Positions 55,069 through 64,000 of a stretch of 64,000 bases of DNA are shown here, one piece after another (position 1 is the stretch's first letter; every line of letters begins with the position of its first letter). The translations under genes were made by a program, and so were the position numbers. The notes below the pieces were generated by a model. It was not told where the DNA came from. It searched no databases and worked only from the letters and a program-made list of their open reading frames with translations. Source of the DNA: a virus; IMG/VR virus record IMGVR_UViG_3300047483_000537, positions 1-64,000 of that record; one strand, given 5' to 3'.

Positions 55069-56588
55069 TAAATTAATACCCCAATCTCAATATTACCACG
55101 TAGCCAATTAGGTTTAGCAGACACTACTAAACCAACACTTCCTGAATTTAGCCCAAATCTAGTGGTAGTTAGTGTAACAGCATCCCCAACTTGAACATTT
55201 AAAAATTTTGCGGTACATACCATTCTATATATTCTTCGTTGTGTTTTAAATAGCTGTAGTTTTTTTAATGCTACAGCATCTGCTTGCGTTTTATCAATAA
55301 GATAAGTAGATTCTAGTGTCGGTTCTACAGTAATTTCGTATGCTATTTTTGAAGCAGCATCCTTGCTTGTACTCTCTAACCATTCTGTTGAATAGAGCAC
55401 TTTATGCTGTTCAGGTATTCCGGTTAATAAGTTGTTTTGAACTGTCCAATTTTTAGCATAACCTAGTTTAACTGCTGCTATAACCGGTAGTTTTTCTACT
55501 AATTGTAAAGAATTTAGTAGCATGTCACTATCTTGAATGTTTATATTTGCTGAAACAGGGATTTTTAAATCTACTAGTTTAACTTTCCCTGTTCGGGTCG
55601 TAGATACGATTAACCCGCTACTTTTCGCTATTTCTTGGCAAATACTTAAAACATTTTGTCTGTCAGAAATATATACGCCAACAGCTTCTGTACCCAAGTT
55701 TTGAAAACTTGTGTTATCTAATTCTGTATATTCTAATTGCTCACCGTAAAACTTTAAAAGAGTGGCAATAGTATTACTAACAGTATTTGTATATATATCT
55801 ACGGCTGTAGAGTTTTGTATATTTACAGTACGTTTTACACCTTGAACAGAACATGTTATTGCGCCGACAGGTGCGCGCAACAACCTAAAACTCCCGGGAG
55901 GTATTACTACTGTACCAGAAATTTCGAAAGGCACAGGTACACCGTTATCACGCACTTCTATAATCTGCTCAACTGCCTCAGCATTTACCATGTACTCTAA
56001 TAAGGTAGGGTCTGTTAGTAAGGGAGTAATATTATGTACTTCTCCAAATACTAATGGCTTTAAATTATTACGAAACTGATTAACGGTAGTAGTTTCGGAC
56101 ACTATAGTGCCTTGAAAATAATTTCCTAATAAATCTTCGCTTACAGAAGTATTGAGCTTCTGTAGTTTATCTCGTATTTTTATATTTAACTCGGATCTAC
56201 TCTTGGAATCAATATCTGCAACTACTCCATCAAAAATTAATTCAAAGTCCAATAGTGTATTTGATACTCCTGTGGCAGGTAGTGAGCCTATATAAATTTT
56301 TATAGGTTTGTTTACCCAGACATTGTCCAGCCAACTATCGTACTGTCCGGAGGAGTTCGCTATTTCAATGTCCCCAAAACTAATAGCAGCTGAGTAGTTG
56401 GTAGATATTGACTCTTCTAGCGTTATTGTACCTTTAATTACTGGTAGGTACTCTATACCGTCTACTGTTACTGCATGCGTTGATAGGTATTTAGTAGTTA
56501 GTACTCCGCCTACAAGCACTTGTACTTGCACAATAGCTATTCTAACTGTATTAGGTGTTTCTAACCAAGTCTGATAATTATTCATCAT
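55068..56588 (-). CDS. Tail tip/hub protein
   Basis: Follows TMP; KPL.FGE.HNI.P, EVRDNG. Confidence 0.7.
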   Translation of the reverse strand: MMNNYQTWLETPNTVRIAIVQVQVLVGGVLTTKYLSTHAVTVDGIEYLPVIKGTITLEESISTNYSAAISFGDIEIANSSGQYDSWLDNVWVNKPIKIYIGSLPATGVSNTLLDFELIFDGVVADIDSKSRSELNIKIRDKLQKLNTSVSEDLLGNYFQGTIVSETTTVNQFRNNLKPLVFGEVHNITPLLTDPTLLEYMVNAEAVEQIIEVRDNGVPVPFEISGTVVIPPGSFRLLRAPVGAITCSVQGVKRTVNIQNSTAVDIYTNTVSNTIATLLKFYGEQLEYTELDNTSFQNLGTEAVGVYISDRQNVLSICQEIAKSSGLIVSTTRTGKVKLVDLKIPVSANINIQDSDMLLNSLQLVEKLPVIAAVKLGYAKNWTVQNNLLTGIPEQHKVLYSTEWLESTSKDAASKIAYEITVEPTLESTYLIDKTQADAVALKKLQLFKTQRRIYRMVCTAKFLNVQVGDAVTLTTTRFGLNSGSVGLVVSAKPNWLRGNIEIGVLI

Positions 56589-56663
56589 ACTCCTTTCATT
56601 ATTCTTAAAAACCAATGTACTAAGATTCTTAAGAATAAGGCCTCTTTCGAAGCCTTATCTATC

Positions 56664-59600
56664 TTACTTAATTTCAGATTTTGAACGATTAATCCAAACA
56701 GCTTCTCCGTTAGTATCTACTACTGCAGATACTACTTCCTGAGAGGCTTTCTGATTTGCGTCATAGTTACTTAATATTAAGTCACCAGTCTGCTGTTTTT
56801 GCTCTTTGCGTAATTGTGCTAATTCTTGTTTTACTTGTCGCAGTTCTTGAACTACCTGACCCATGTTACTATTTGCACTTGCTTGAGGTGTAAACATACC
56901 ACGAGTCTGATCTGCTGGATAAACCATACCTGGATAAGTAAAGTCAACAAGTTCAGGACCTAATTCACCAACTAATGTTAGCCCGCTTGCGCGTCCTCCA
57001 CGAGCTTTTTGAGGTACTCCAGCAATAATAGCTATATTACTATTAATTTCTTCTAATAAAGTAGTTTGAATACTTAAGTTAGTTAATTGAAGCTCAGCCA
57101 CACTAGCACTGGCACTGGCACTTATAGTAGCATCATCTAATTTAGTTAACACACTGTTAAAATCAGAAGTATAAGCCTCACTACTAGCAAAATAAGTTCT
57201 TGAAGCTTCTAAGAAACTTTGTGCAGAACTTGTTACTTTGCTCATAGCAACAGTATCACCAGCCACAGCTTGCGCGTAGATATCCTCAAACTGAGATCTT
57301 GCTTGAGCATATTTTTGCTCTGGCGTTAGAGTTGAACTAGCTCCAAGTAGTAAGGATTCCTTAAAATCTTTGATTTGCTGTATAAAGTCACGGAAACCTT
57401 GTGCAGCATCTTCTAAAGCTTGGCTCTGATCTTCGACAGCACTGATAACAGTACTGAAACCTGGTGCTAGATCCATTAGACTTTGGTAAGTACTAATACC
57501 GGACAAAGTAGTTAAATCCAAGCTTTTTACAAGGGCTACAAACTCCGCTTTAGTATCTACACTAGCATAACCTAATTGAGCTAGTCTAGTTACGACTGCT
57601 TTTTGAACAGGTGCTACGCGCTCTGCTTCTGTTAAAAAGTTTTCAGCAAAGTATCTGCTTTGATCTAAAAACTCTTCTAGCCCACCGGCTGCTTCTGCTA
57701 AAGCTTCTGTTACTCCATATAGTGTTGTTAAGTCAACTGTTAAACCTAGATTTTTTACGGCTTGATTTATCTTTTCATTGGTATCAACTACACGAATTAC
57801 GGTTTCTAACATACCTTCGCCAAATTCCGCAAACTTTTCAAAGTTTCTGAATATGGCGAGACTTGCGTCATCTAGTATAGTGCCTATAATTGCACTTAAC
57901 TCTTGCTGGAATTCTTCGCCTTTTAGACCGCGTAAACTTGCGAACTCTTTGCCTACATTTAAATTATTAAGAACACTAGTTACAACATTTTCATCTATAC
58001 CTGCTTTTGAACCAACTTCAATAAATAGTTTGGTAGCGTTACCAAATATATCTTTAAAGAAGCTACTTGTAGCATCGTCAACCTCTTGGCGTTTAGTTTC
58101 AACCCAAGTACTTGTTTTACCGTACCAAGTTTTCTTTGAAACAGTTACTTGCTCAAAAAAGTCAATAACTGCCTTATTAGTATCACTAGCGAGCTGTCCG
58201 AACGTGCCTTCGATAATTAAACCACTATCAGTAATATTACGAGTAGTTTTACTACCAAAAACACCAGTTCCAAGCAATCCGCCCCCACTTTGTGTTCCAG
58301 TTACTGTACCAAACATACTGCCGCTACGCAGGCCTTCAATAGAGTATAAACCTTTAGCAGTTTTATTAATACCGGAATCAATACTTGTTAGCAAAGCTAC
58401 CATTTTATTGTCGTAACTTAAGCCATCAACACTAGTTTCACGAATTAATTCTAAGCTATTAGCAATCGACTCAGACTTAGCTTCAGTATCACCAAATACT
58501 CCGCGACGAACCTGTATTTTTGCACCTTCACTATTCCAACCCATTGCAGTACCTTGGGTTTCTTGGCGCTGTTCTGAACTAGGTACAAATCCGCCCTTAG
58601 CCCCACCTTTACCAAACATAGCAAACATAGCAGCTACTAAAGCTGTTGCAACTGCAGGTCCGGCAATAGGCCCTAATTGACCAATAGTTTTACCGTATAT
58701 TTCTGCTGCATAAGCAGGTAATCTGCCAATAGTACCTGCAAAAGTTAAACTAGTATCTGCCGCTTCTGCCCCTGCTTTAGCTGCTGTTCCAGTAGCTAAA
58801 CTACCTAATTTTACAGCCAACTCTTTTGCATCCATAGCTAATTTAGTTATGTGCATTACTTTTTCAATACCATTAAGTATCTTATAAGCAGCTGTTTTTT
58901 CTTTGAACAGTTTTTTAGCAGAATTAACAGTTTTTATATCATCTGCTAGCTCTTGTTTAGCATTTAGTTTCTTGGTTTTTGCTAGATTTTCTTCTGCAGC
59001 GCTGACTGCGTCGTAGTCCATGGTTTCCCATGCTTTATCAACACTTGCCTGTGCTGCCTTTTCAGACTTAGCACGTTTATCTGCGTTAATAGCTACTTCA
59101 GTCATTGTTGTAGCAACGTCGCCAAGCGCAGATGCTATACGCACTGAACTTTCTGCCGCACCCTCAAAGGCACCTTTTAGGCTGTTAGAAAAATCATTTG
59201 CTGTAGTAAGTAATTGATTATATCGTTCTTGCTCTGCATTAGTTTCGCGAGTAATACCCAGAATCTGCAATAATACATCTAATGTAGCTTTTGCTTTTTT
59301 GGTGCTATTATCATAAGTATCTTGAATTTTTGTGCGTTCAGCGGTTAATTCCTTTTGTGCAGTTAGTTCGGCCTCTGTATACTGTACGGCAGAATCAAAT
59401 CCCTGCGCTTCCTTATCAAATTGTGCAATACGCGCATCGCGAGTAGCATTAAGCTCTTCTTCTTTACGCTTAATTTCCTCTATAGCTGTTTTTTGCGTGT
59501 TTTGTGCAACCACAGACTCCTTGGCAAACTCAAGCTGAGCTTTCTTTTCTGCTAGAACGCTTTTTTCTCGTAAAATATATTCGGCGGACAGCAAACCTGT

Positions 59601-62600
59601 GGCTGCTTGAACGTCCAATAATTTTTCACTAGTATCTAATTGCTGGGCCTTTGCTTCTAGTGTTCTTGTATCTGCTGTAAACTGATCGTTTATAGCTTTT
59701 ACAGTAGACTTATTAGCAGCATTAATTAGTTCTAGTCTGTTCTTTAGACCTTGTGTAACAATAGATCCGGCATAAGCGGCCTCATTTGCTTCTCTAACCT
59801 GCTCTACACTTGCGATTTCTTTGTCTATATCTGCAAGCTTATTCTTGCTATCTTTGTCTTTTGTACTAACAGCTTTTTTAGACTCTTTAAAACGTTCTAT
59901 CTGCACTTCGGCAGCTAGGGCGCTCTTTTGGTAATTAAACTGCGCAATACGCGCATCTAGCGCTTGTTTTTCTAAGATAGCAGCGGTGTTAGTTTCTGAA
60001 TTTAAAGTCTTACTTACTGCTAAACGTTCTTGGTCAACTTTTAGTGCATCCAGTGTAAGCTGTAGATTCTCTCCACGTTTCTTGAAGTCTAATTGTATTA
60101 AACTATCACTTGTACTAACGTCAATTGCCTTAAATTGAGCATTAATATTTGCCAACTGTGCTCCACTTGCTTCCAAACTTTGGGCTAAGTTAAGCATGTC
60201 ATTAGTAACTCCAGGTACTCCTTTGGTTATTTGTGTAACCAAGTCTGCATACATACCTTTTTGTGAACCACCTTTTTGTGCTGATTGAACCTGTTCTTTG
60301 CGCTTGTCTAAGGCGAACTGTCTGGTTGCAATCTCTTTTCCTGCTGCGTCTGCTGCGCTGCCCTTTAAGTCCATATTCTGCTTGTCACGATCTAAAGAGC
60401 TTTGCTCTAGTGCAATAGTATTAGCTTCGGTGGCAAGTATTGCAGCTCGTTGAACTTTTATTTGCTGAGCCTGTACGCTTAACATAAGCTTTTCGGCTTG
60501 TGCTCGCATTTTAATTCCGGTTTCAGTTCCTGATAGTACTGTAGCTACTGCGTTAGTAACAGTAACACCGGCTTTAGCCCACTCAGTAGATAGTTTGCTG
60601 GATACTATATCAGCACCTGTTTTAAAAACAGCTAGCTGTGCTTGGCTAACAAGCGTACTTGCATTATCTATTTGTGCACGCATGTCTAGCTGAACTTGTA
60701 CTTTTACATCGCGATTTGCTTTTAATGCAGCAATCTGTGCATTAACGTTTCGCAATGCCTGTCCAGCACTTATATTTGAAGCAGTAGCAAGTTTTGTTAG
60801 GGCAATTTGACTATTTGCAGTATCTTGCAGTTTAGAAATTTCTACGTCAATATCTGCAATAGATTTAGCTACATAGTTTAGACTATCTATGTCTCGACTA
60901 ATATCTTGCAATGCAACAACTAGGCCAGTTGGGGCGTCTACATCACGAATACGTTCTGCTAAAGTTCTAATTGCTTGCAGTTTCTGTTCAGGATCTTTGA
61001 GTGCTTGGTCTAACTTAAAGAAAGCATCTACTAAACTTTGGCCATATTCGGTGGTAGGATCTTTTTGTATAAAGTTTGTTCTAAACTTTGTTAAAGCGTC
61101 TTTGGCTTTGTCAAAAGCAGCTACAACTTCGGTACCACGAGATGCACTAACTTGCATTTCGTAGCCCATTGTTTTAATGCTTGCGCTAATAAGGTCTAAG
61201 GCACGACGGCGTTCGCCTGAGCTCATTGCATCCAAAGCATCGTTAACAGCATCTACTGAACTTAAATCTTCAACTTTTAAAATATCTTGAATAGTTTTAG
61301 CAGCGGCTTTACCAGCACTAGTAGATTGATCGATTGTTTTGAATACGCGAGCTAAACCTTGCGACACTTTGTCTGATAGTTCTGACTCTACATCACCATC
61401 CCATAGTTTTGTTACCCAATTAACAAAACGGTCGCTACCACCCATTTTATCAAGCTCTTTATAAGCGCTTTCAAATCCTTTGCGAATCTGCGAAGTTAAG
61501 TCTGCTATGGCTGTTGCTTTAGCAGCTATTGATTTAGGGTCAAATTGTTCTAATATAGATTTCTTATTGATAGCATCAATTGTATCAGATAAGTTTTTAG
61601 TAGAATCTTTGATTGCTGTTAGTGCTGTTGAAGTAGCTGCGGACTCTTCTTGGGTTTTAGACATCCAAGAAATAAGTGCTCCACCTGCGGCTACAACTAA
61701 ACCAATTACTTGCAACCAAGGAGCAAATGCGTTAATAGCTGTACCAAGTGCAGCTGTCATACCAACAGCTGCATTTTTAGCCAAGTTTAAACTACGACTA
61801 AATAAGCCTAGGCCTTTTGTAGTTGTTGTTAGTGTAGTACCAGTCTTTTGACCGGACTCGTCCAATAAGTCCATTGTGGTAACTATACCATCTTTGGAAG
61901 CAGAAAACTCTTTTACAGCTTCGCGCATACCCGCCATAAACCCACGAGTACTAGAAGTATAAGCTATCTGACTACTAGCGGAACGCTGACGCGAAGCATT
62001 GACCTCATCGTGGTATACTTTTTCATTTTGACCAATTGTAGTCCACAGAGGGTGTTGTTCGGTTAGAATAATATTGCGATCTTTTTGCGCTTTATTATAT
62101 TCTTCTTCTACCTTTTTATAAGCAGAAATGTCAACTGCAATCTGTTTGTATACTTCCGATACTTTTGTTTGTTTCTTAGCTAAATTTTCCAGATAAGCAA
62201 TATTCTCTGGAGTAATATCCACAGGGTCTAGCTGAGATATTCTTAGAGCTTCTTTATCGTACTTGGCTAACTTTTTAGCATTTGTTGCTTTTAAGTCTAC
62301 TAGCTTTTTACTACTGGCTTCGAACTTAGCAAACTCTGCTTCTGCGGCATCATCTAATGCCTGAATTCTCATTGCCATTTCGGCGCCAAGAGAAGTTTTA
62401 ACGTCCTGTAGTTTCTTTTGTGAAACTGCCTTGGATTCTTCAGCAGCTTTAGCTAAACCAGCTCGAAAGTCTGAAATAGCTGGGATTGCTTGTTTTACTA
62501 GTGTGGCGGCGATACCGCTTAATACAACGGCTAAAGCTGTCGGACTAGCGGACAATAGGTTAACCAGTGGGGTTAGTCCTTTGTTAACTAACTCAAGAGT

Positions 62601-63473
62601 ATCCTGAGCTAAGTTTGAAATAGTGGCAGCTAGTTTTGTATATGGATTAGTGTCAAGATCGATAGCCCCAAACTTCTTTTCAGCTTGATCTAGTACAGCA
62701 TTTGCAAATGCCTGACGTTTTTCAAAGTCAGTAACAGCACTAGCAGCTTTTCCTGTTGATTCTGCATACTTTTTAACCACGTCATCAACGCGTACAAAAA
62801 TACCCAATTCATCTAGTAATTCAGGCTCTAGTTTAGTAATACCGCGGCTGATACGACTAACAGCATCACTCATGTTAACACCAAGAGCCTGTGAAGCTTT
62901 TAGTGCAGCTTGACCCATTCGCAAAATATTTTCGCTACTCATACCACTAGAGCTTGCCTTGGCTGTTGCTTCCATGGCTTCACGTAAGCTAATAGCCCCA
63001 CCTGTTGTGTTAGCTAGTTGTTTACTTAAGCTTCCCAGAGCTGTTCCGCTTGCAGCACCTAATTGGTCTAATCCGCGTACCATGTTACTAGTATCCATAG
63101 CACCGCTTAATGCTCGAAATGCTGCACCTACAGCGAATACGTTAGCAGCGTATGTAGCATACAATCTAACAATACCGCCTAAACCTTGCGCTTGATTTGC
63201 GAAATCACGGGCACTAGCACCGGTTGTGCCTGCACTGCCACGAGCACGGCCATAGTCTTCTCCACTCATTAGTCCCTGAACACCGCTAGGCGCACCTTTT
63301 GCGTATACAGCGCGCGAGCCTGGAGTACCGCCTGCAGGCTTACTTGCGGTTTCTGCAGCTTTCTGAGCCCTATTAGCTGCCGATTCTATTTCTTGAAAGT
63401 TTTTTACAACTTTCTTGGCTGTGCCGTTATCACTAACGTTTACGCCAATATTTACAGTATTTTGTGTGGCCAT
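56664..63473 (-). CDS. Tape measure protein
   Basis: 2269 aa Ala-rich helical; T5-like ARDFA.Q..GLGG.V..YA..AAN.FA and EPELLDELG. Confidence 0.92.
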   Translation of the reverse strand: MATQNTVNIGVNVSDNGTAKKVVKNFQEIESAANRAQKAAETASKPAGGTPGSRAVYAKGAPSGVQGLMSGEDYGRARGSAGTTGASARDFANQAQGLGGIVRLYATYAANVFAVGAAFRALSGAMDTSNMVRGLDQLGAASGTALGSLSKQLANTTGGAISLREAMEATAKASSSGMSSENILRMGQAALKASQALGVNMSDAVSRISRGITKLEPELLDELGIFVRVDDVVKKYAESTGKAASAVTDFEKRQAFANAVLDQAEKKFGAIDLDTNPYTKLAATISNLAQDTLELVNKGLTPLVNLLSASPTALAVVLSGIAATLVKQAIPAISDFRAGLAKAAEESKAVSQKKLQDVKTSLGAEMAMRIQALDDAAEAEFAKFEASSKKLVDLKATNAKKLAKYDKEALRISQLDPVDITPENIAYLENLAKKQTKVSEVYKQIAVDISAYKKVEEEYNKAQKDRNIILTEQHPLWTTIGQNEKVYHDEVNASRQRSASSQIAYTSSTRGFMAGMREAVKEFSASKDGIVTTMDLLDESGQKTGTTLTTTTKGLGLFSRSLNLAKNAAVGMTAALGTAINAFAPWLQVIGLVVAAGGALISWMSKTQEESAATSTALTAIKDSTKNLSDTIDAINKKSILEQFDPKSIAAKATAIADLTSQIRKGFESAYKELDKMGGSDRFVNWVTKLWDGDVESELSDKVSQGLARVFKTIDQSTSAGKAAAKTIQDILKVEDLSSVDAVNDALDAMSSGERRRALDLISASIKTMGYEMQVSASRGTEVVAAFDKAKDALTKFRTNFIQKDPTTEYGQSLVDAFFKLDQALKDPEQKLQAIRTLAERIRDVDAPTGLVVALQDISRDIDSLNYVAKSIADIDVEISKLQDTANSQIALTKLATASNISAGQALRNVNAQIAALKANRDVKVQVQLDMRAQIDNASTLVSQAQLAVFKTGADIVSSKLSTEWAKAGVTVTNAVATVLSGTETGIKMRAQAEKLMLSVQAQQIKVQRAAILATEANTIALEQSSLDRDKQNMDLKGSAADAAGKEIATRQFALDKRKEQVQSAQKGGSQKGMYADLVTQITKGVPGVTNDMLNLAQSLEASGAQLANINAQFKAIDVSTSDSLIQLDFKKRGENLQLTLDALKVDQERLAVSKTLNSETNTAAILEKQALDARIAQFNYQKSALAAEVQIERFKESKKAVSTKDKDSKNKLADIDKEIASVEQVREANEAAYAGSIVTQGLKNRLELINAANKSTVKAINDQFTADTRTLEAKAQQLDTSEKLLDVQAATGLLSAEYILREKSVLAEKKAQLEFAKESVVAQNTQKTAIEEIKRKEEELNATRDARIAQFDKEAQGFDSAVQYTEAELTAQKELTAERTKIQDTYDNSTKKAKATLDVLLQILGITRETNAEQERYNQLLTTANDFSNSLKGAFEGAAESSVRIASALGDVATTMTEVAINADKRAKSEKAAQASVDKAWETMDYDAVSAAEENLAKTKKLNAKQELADDIKTVNSAKKLFKEKTAAYKILNGIEKVMHITKLAMDAKELAVKLGSLATGTAAKAGAEAADTSLTFAGTIGRLPAYAAEIYGKTIGQLGPIAGPAVATALVAAMFAMFGKGGAKGGFVPSSEQRQETQGTAMGWNSEGAKIQVRRGVFGDTEAKSESIANSLELIRETSVDGLSYDNKMVALLTSIDSGINKTAKGLYSIEGLRSGSMFGTVTGTQSGGGLLGTGVFGSKTTRNITDSGLIIEGTFGQLASDTNKAVIDFFEQVTVSKKTWYGKTSTWVETKRQEVDDATSSFFKDIFGNATKLFIEVGSKAGIDENVVTSVLNNLNVGKEFASLRGLKGEEFQQELSAIIGTILDDASLAIFRNFEKFAEFGEGMLETVIRVVDTNEKINQAVKNLGLTVDLTTLYGVTEALAEAAGGLEEFLDQSRYFAENFLTEAERVAPVQKAVVTRLAQLGYASVDTKAEFVALVKSLDLTTLSGISTYQSLMDLAPGFSTVISAVEDQSQALEDAAQGFRDFIQQIKDFKESLLLGASSTLTPEQKYAQARSQFEDIYAQAVAGDTVAMSKVTSSAQSFLEASRTYFASSEAYTSDFNSVLTKLDDATISASASASVAELQLTNLSIQTTLLEEINSNIAIIAGVPQKARGGRASGLTLVGELGPELVDFTYPGMVYPADQTRGMFTPQASANSNMGQVVQELRQVKQELAQLRKEQKQQTGDLILSNYDANQKASQEVVSAVVDTNGEAVWINRSKSEIK

Positions 63474-63540
63474 CTGTTCTCCTAATAGCTAAACACGGTC
63501 CTCAGCTTTAAAATTAAAACAGGGATTTATAGTTTACACG

Positions 63541-63569
63541 ATTATATCACACAGGCACAGATTTGTCAA
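63541..63569 (-). promoter_or_regulatory. Sigma70-type promoter with extended -10
   Basis: TTGACA-N17-TATAAT, GTGA before -10. Confidence 0.8.
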
Positions 63570-63588
63570 ACCGAAATTTTTTAGCTAC

Positions 63589-63622
63589 AAAAAAGCCCAC
63601 AGCATATTACTGCTGTGGGCTA
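63589..63622 (-). terminator. Intrinsic terminator
   Basis: AGCCCACAGCA/TGCTGTGGGCT with A6 on +. Confidence 0.8.
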
Positions 63623-63999
63623 TTTGCTTTGATTTTTTGCTGTATTATTTTCTGTCGCACACTGTCCATGTGCTGTAAGAAATCAAGTGCCAGTAGTATT
63701 TCTTCGTGATCTGTTATAGTATATACATTAAATAAGTTAAAGACTATGGCATAGTCTTTGCCCATATAACCGCCACCCATCGAATCCCAGCAATCAGGCA
63801 GTATTCCGTATATAACAAAACACTGCTGCACCAAGTTTGGAAAGTCTCCAAGCTCTATGGGGATTTCTTCTTCGATAGGTTCTTGGTTTAGGGCCTCACA
63901 CATTTCAAAATAAGCATCCTTGCTCATATGAATATCTAAGTTTTGATAGTATCTACGTAACTGATCTTTTATTACTGTTACTTGTTCGCTGAAAAGTTT
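63607..63999 (-). CDS. Tail assembly chaperone, frameshifted C-terminal part (5'-partial)
   Basis: Upstream of TMP; frame open from window edge; YFEMCE.L..EP, W..M.G.Y.GKD. Confidence 0.7.
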   Translation of the reverse strand, partial: KLFSEQVTVIKDQLRRYYQNLDIHMSKDAYFEMCEALNQEPIEEEIPIELGDFPNLVQQCFVIYGILPDCWDSMGGGYMGKDYAIVFNLFNVYTITDHEEILLALDFLQHMDSVRQKIIQQKIKANSPQQ

Positions 64000-64000
64000 C

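Noticed and set aside
57611-63195. + strand ORFs opposite the tape measure gene (e.g. 57778-58416)
   Set aside because: Antisense shadows of a long CDS; no RBS or motifs noticed
1-64000. Stop-codon recoding
   Set aside because: Core genes are full length in the standard code; no suppressor anticodon found

Overview
This window is a 64-kb segment of a T5-like (Demerecviridae-like) lytic siphophage genome with a Gram-negative host, probably proteobacterial. + strand, 1-14.2 kb: tRNA/ncRNA and accessory region. It has 15 tRNAs, an AT-rich island (tail-like genes plus PP-loop, SAM-MTase-like and cupin enzymes), a Ro60/TROVE gene flanked by five Y-RNA-like elements, a circularly permuted tmRNA next to a ClpP-like protease, rubrerythrin/rubredoxin and an HNH endonuclease. 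+ strand, 14.2-35 kb: T5-syntenic replication module (D3, D2, PC4, split NAD ligase, D5, helicase, primase, PolA, D10-D15, dUTPase) plus a class II RNR. - strand, 35-64 kb: late genes, namely tape measure, tail tip, fibres, a desaturase/cupin cassette, spanins with a GH19 endolysin, an uncharacterised all-exported pilin/chaperone-like operon and PhoH. Most promising novelties: (1) the Ro60 plus modular Y-RNA array, whose members carry permuted tRNA pieces or isolated Ile(GAU)/Lys(UUU) anticodon loops and sit in a translation-rescue neighbourhood; (2) the exported pilin/chaperone/beta-hairpin operon behind the lysis genes. All family calls come from motif recognition by eye; no searches were run.
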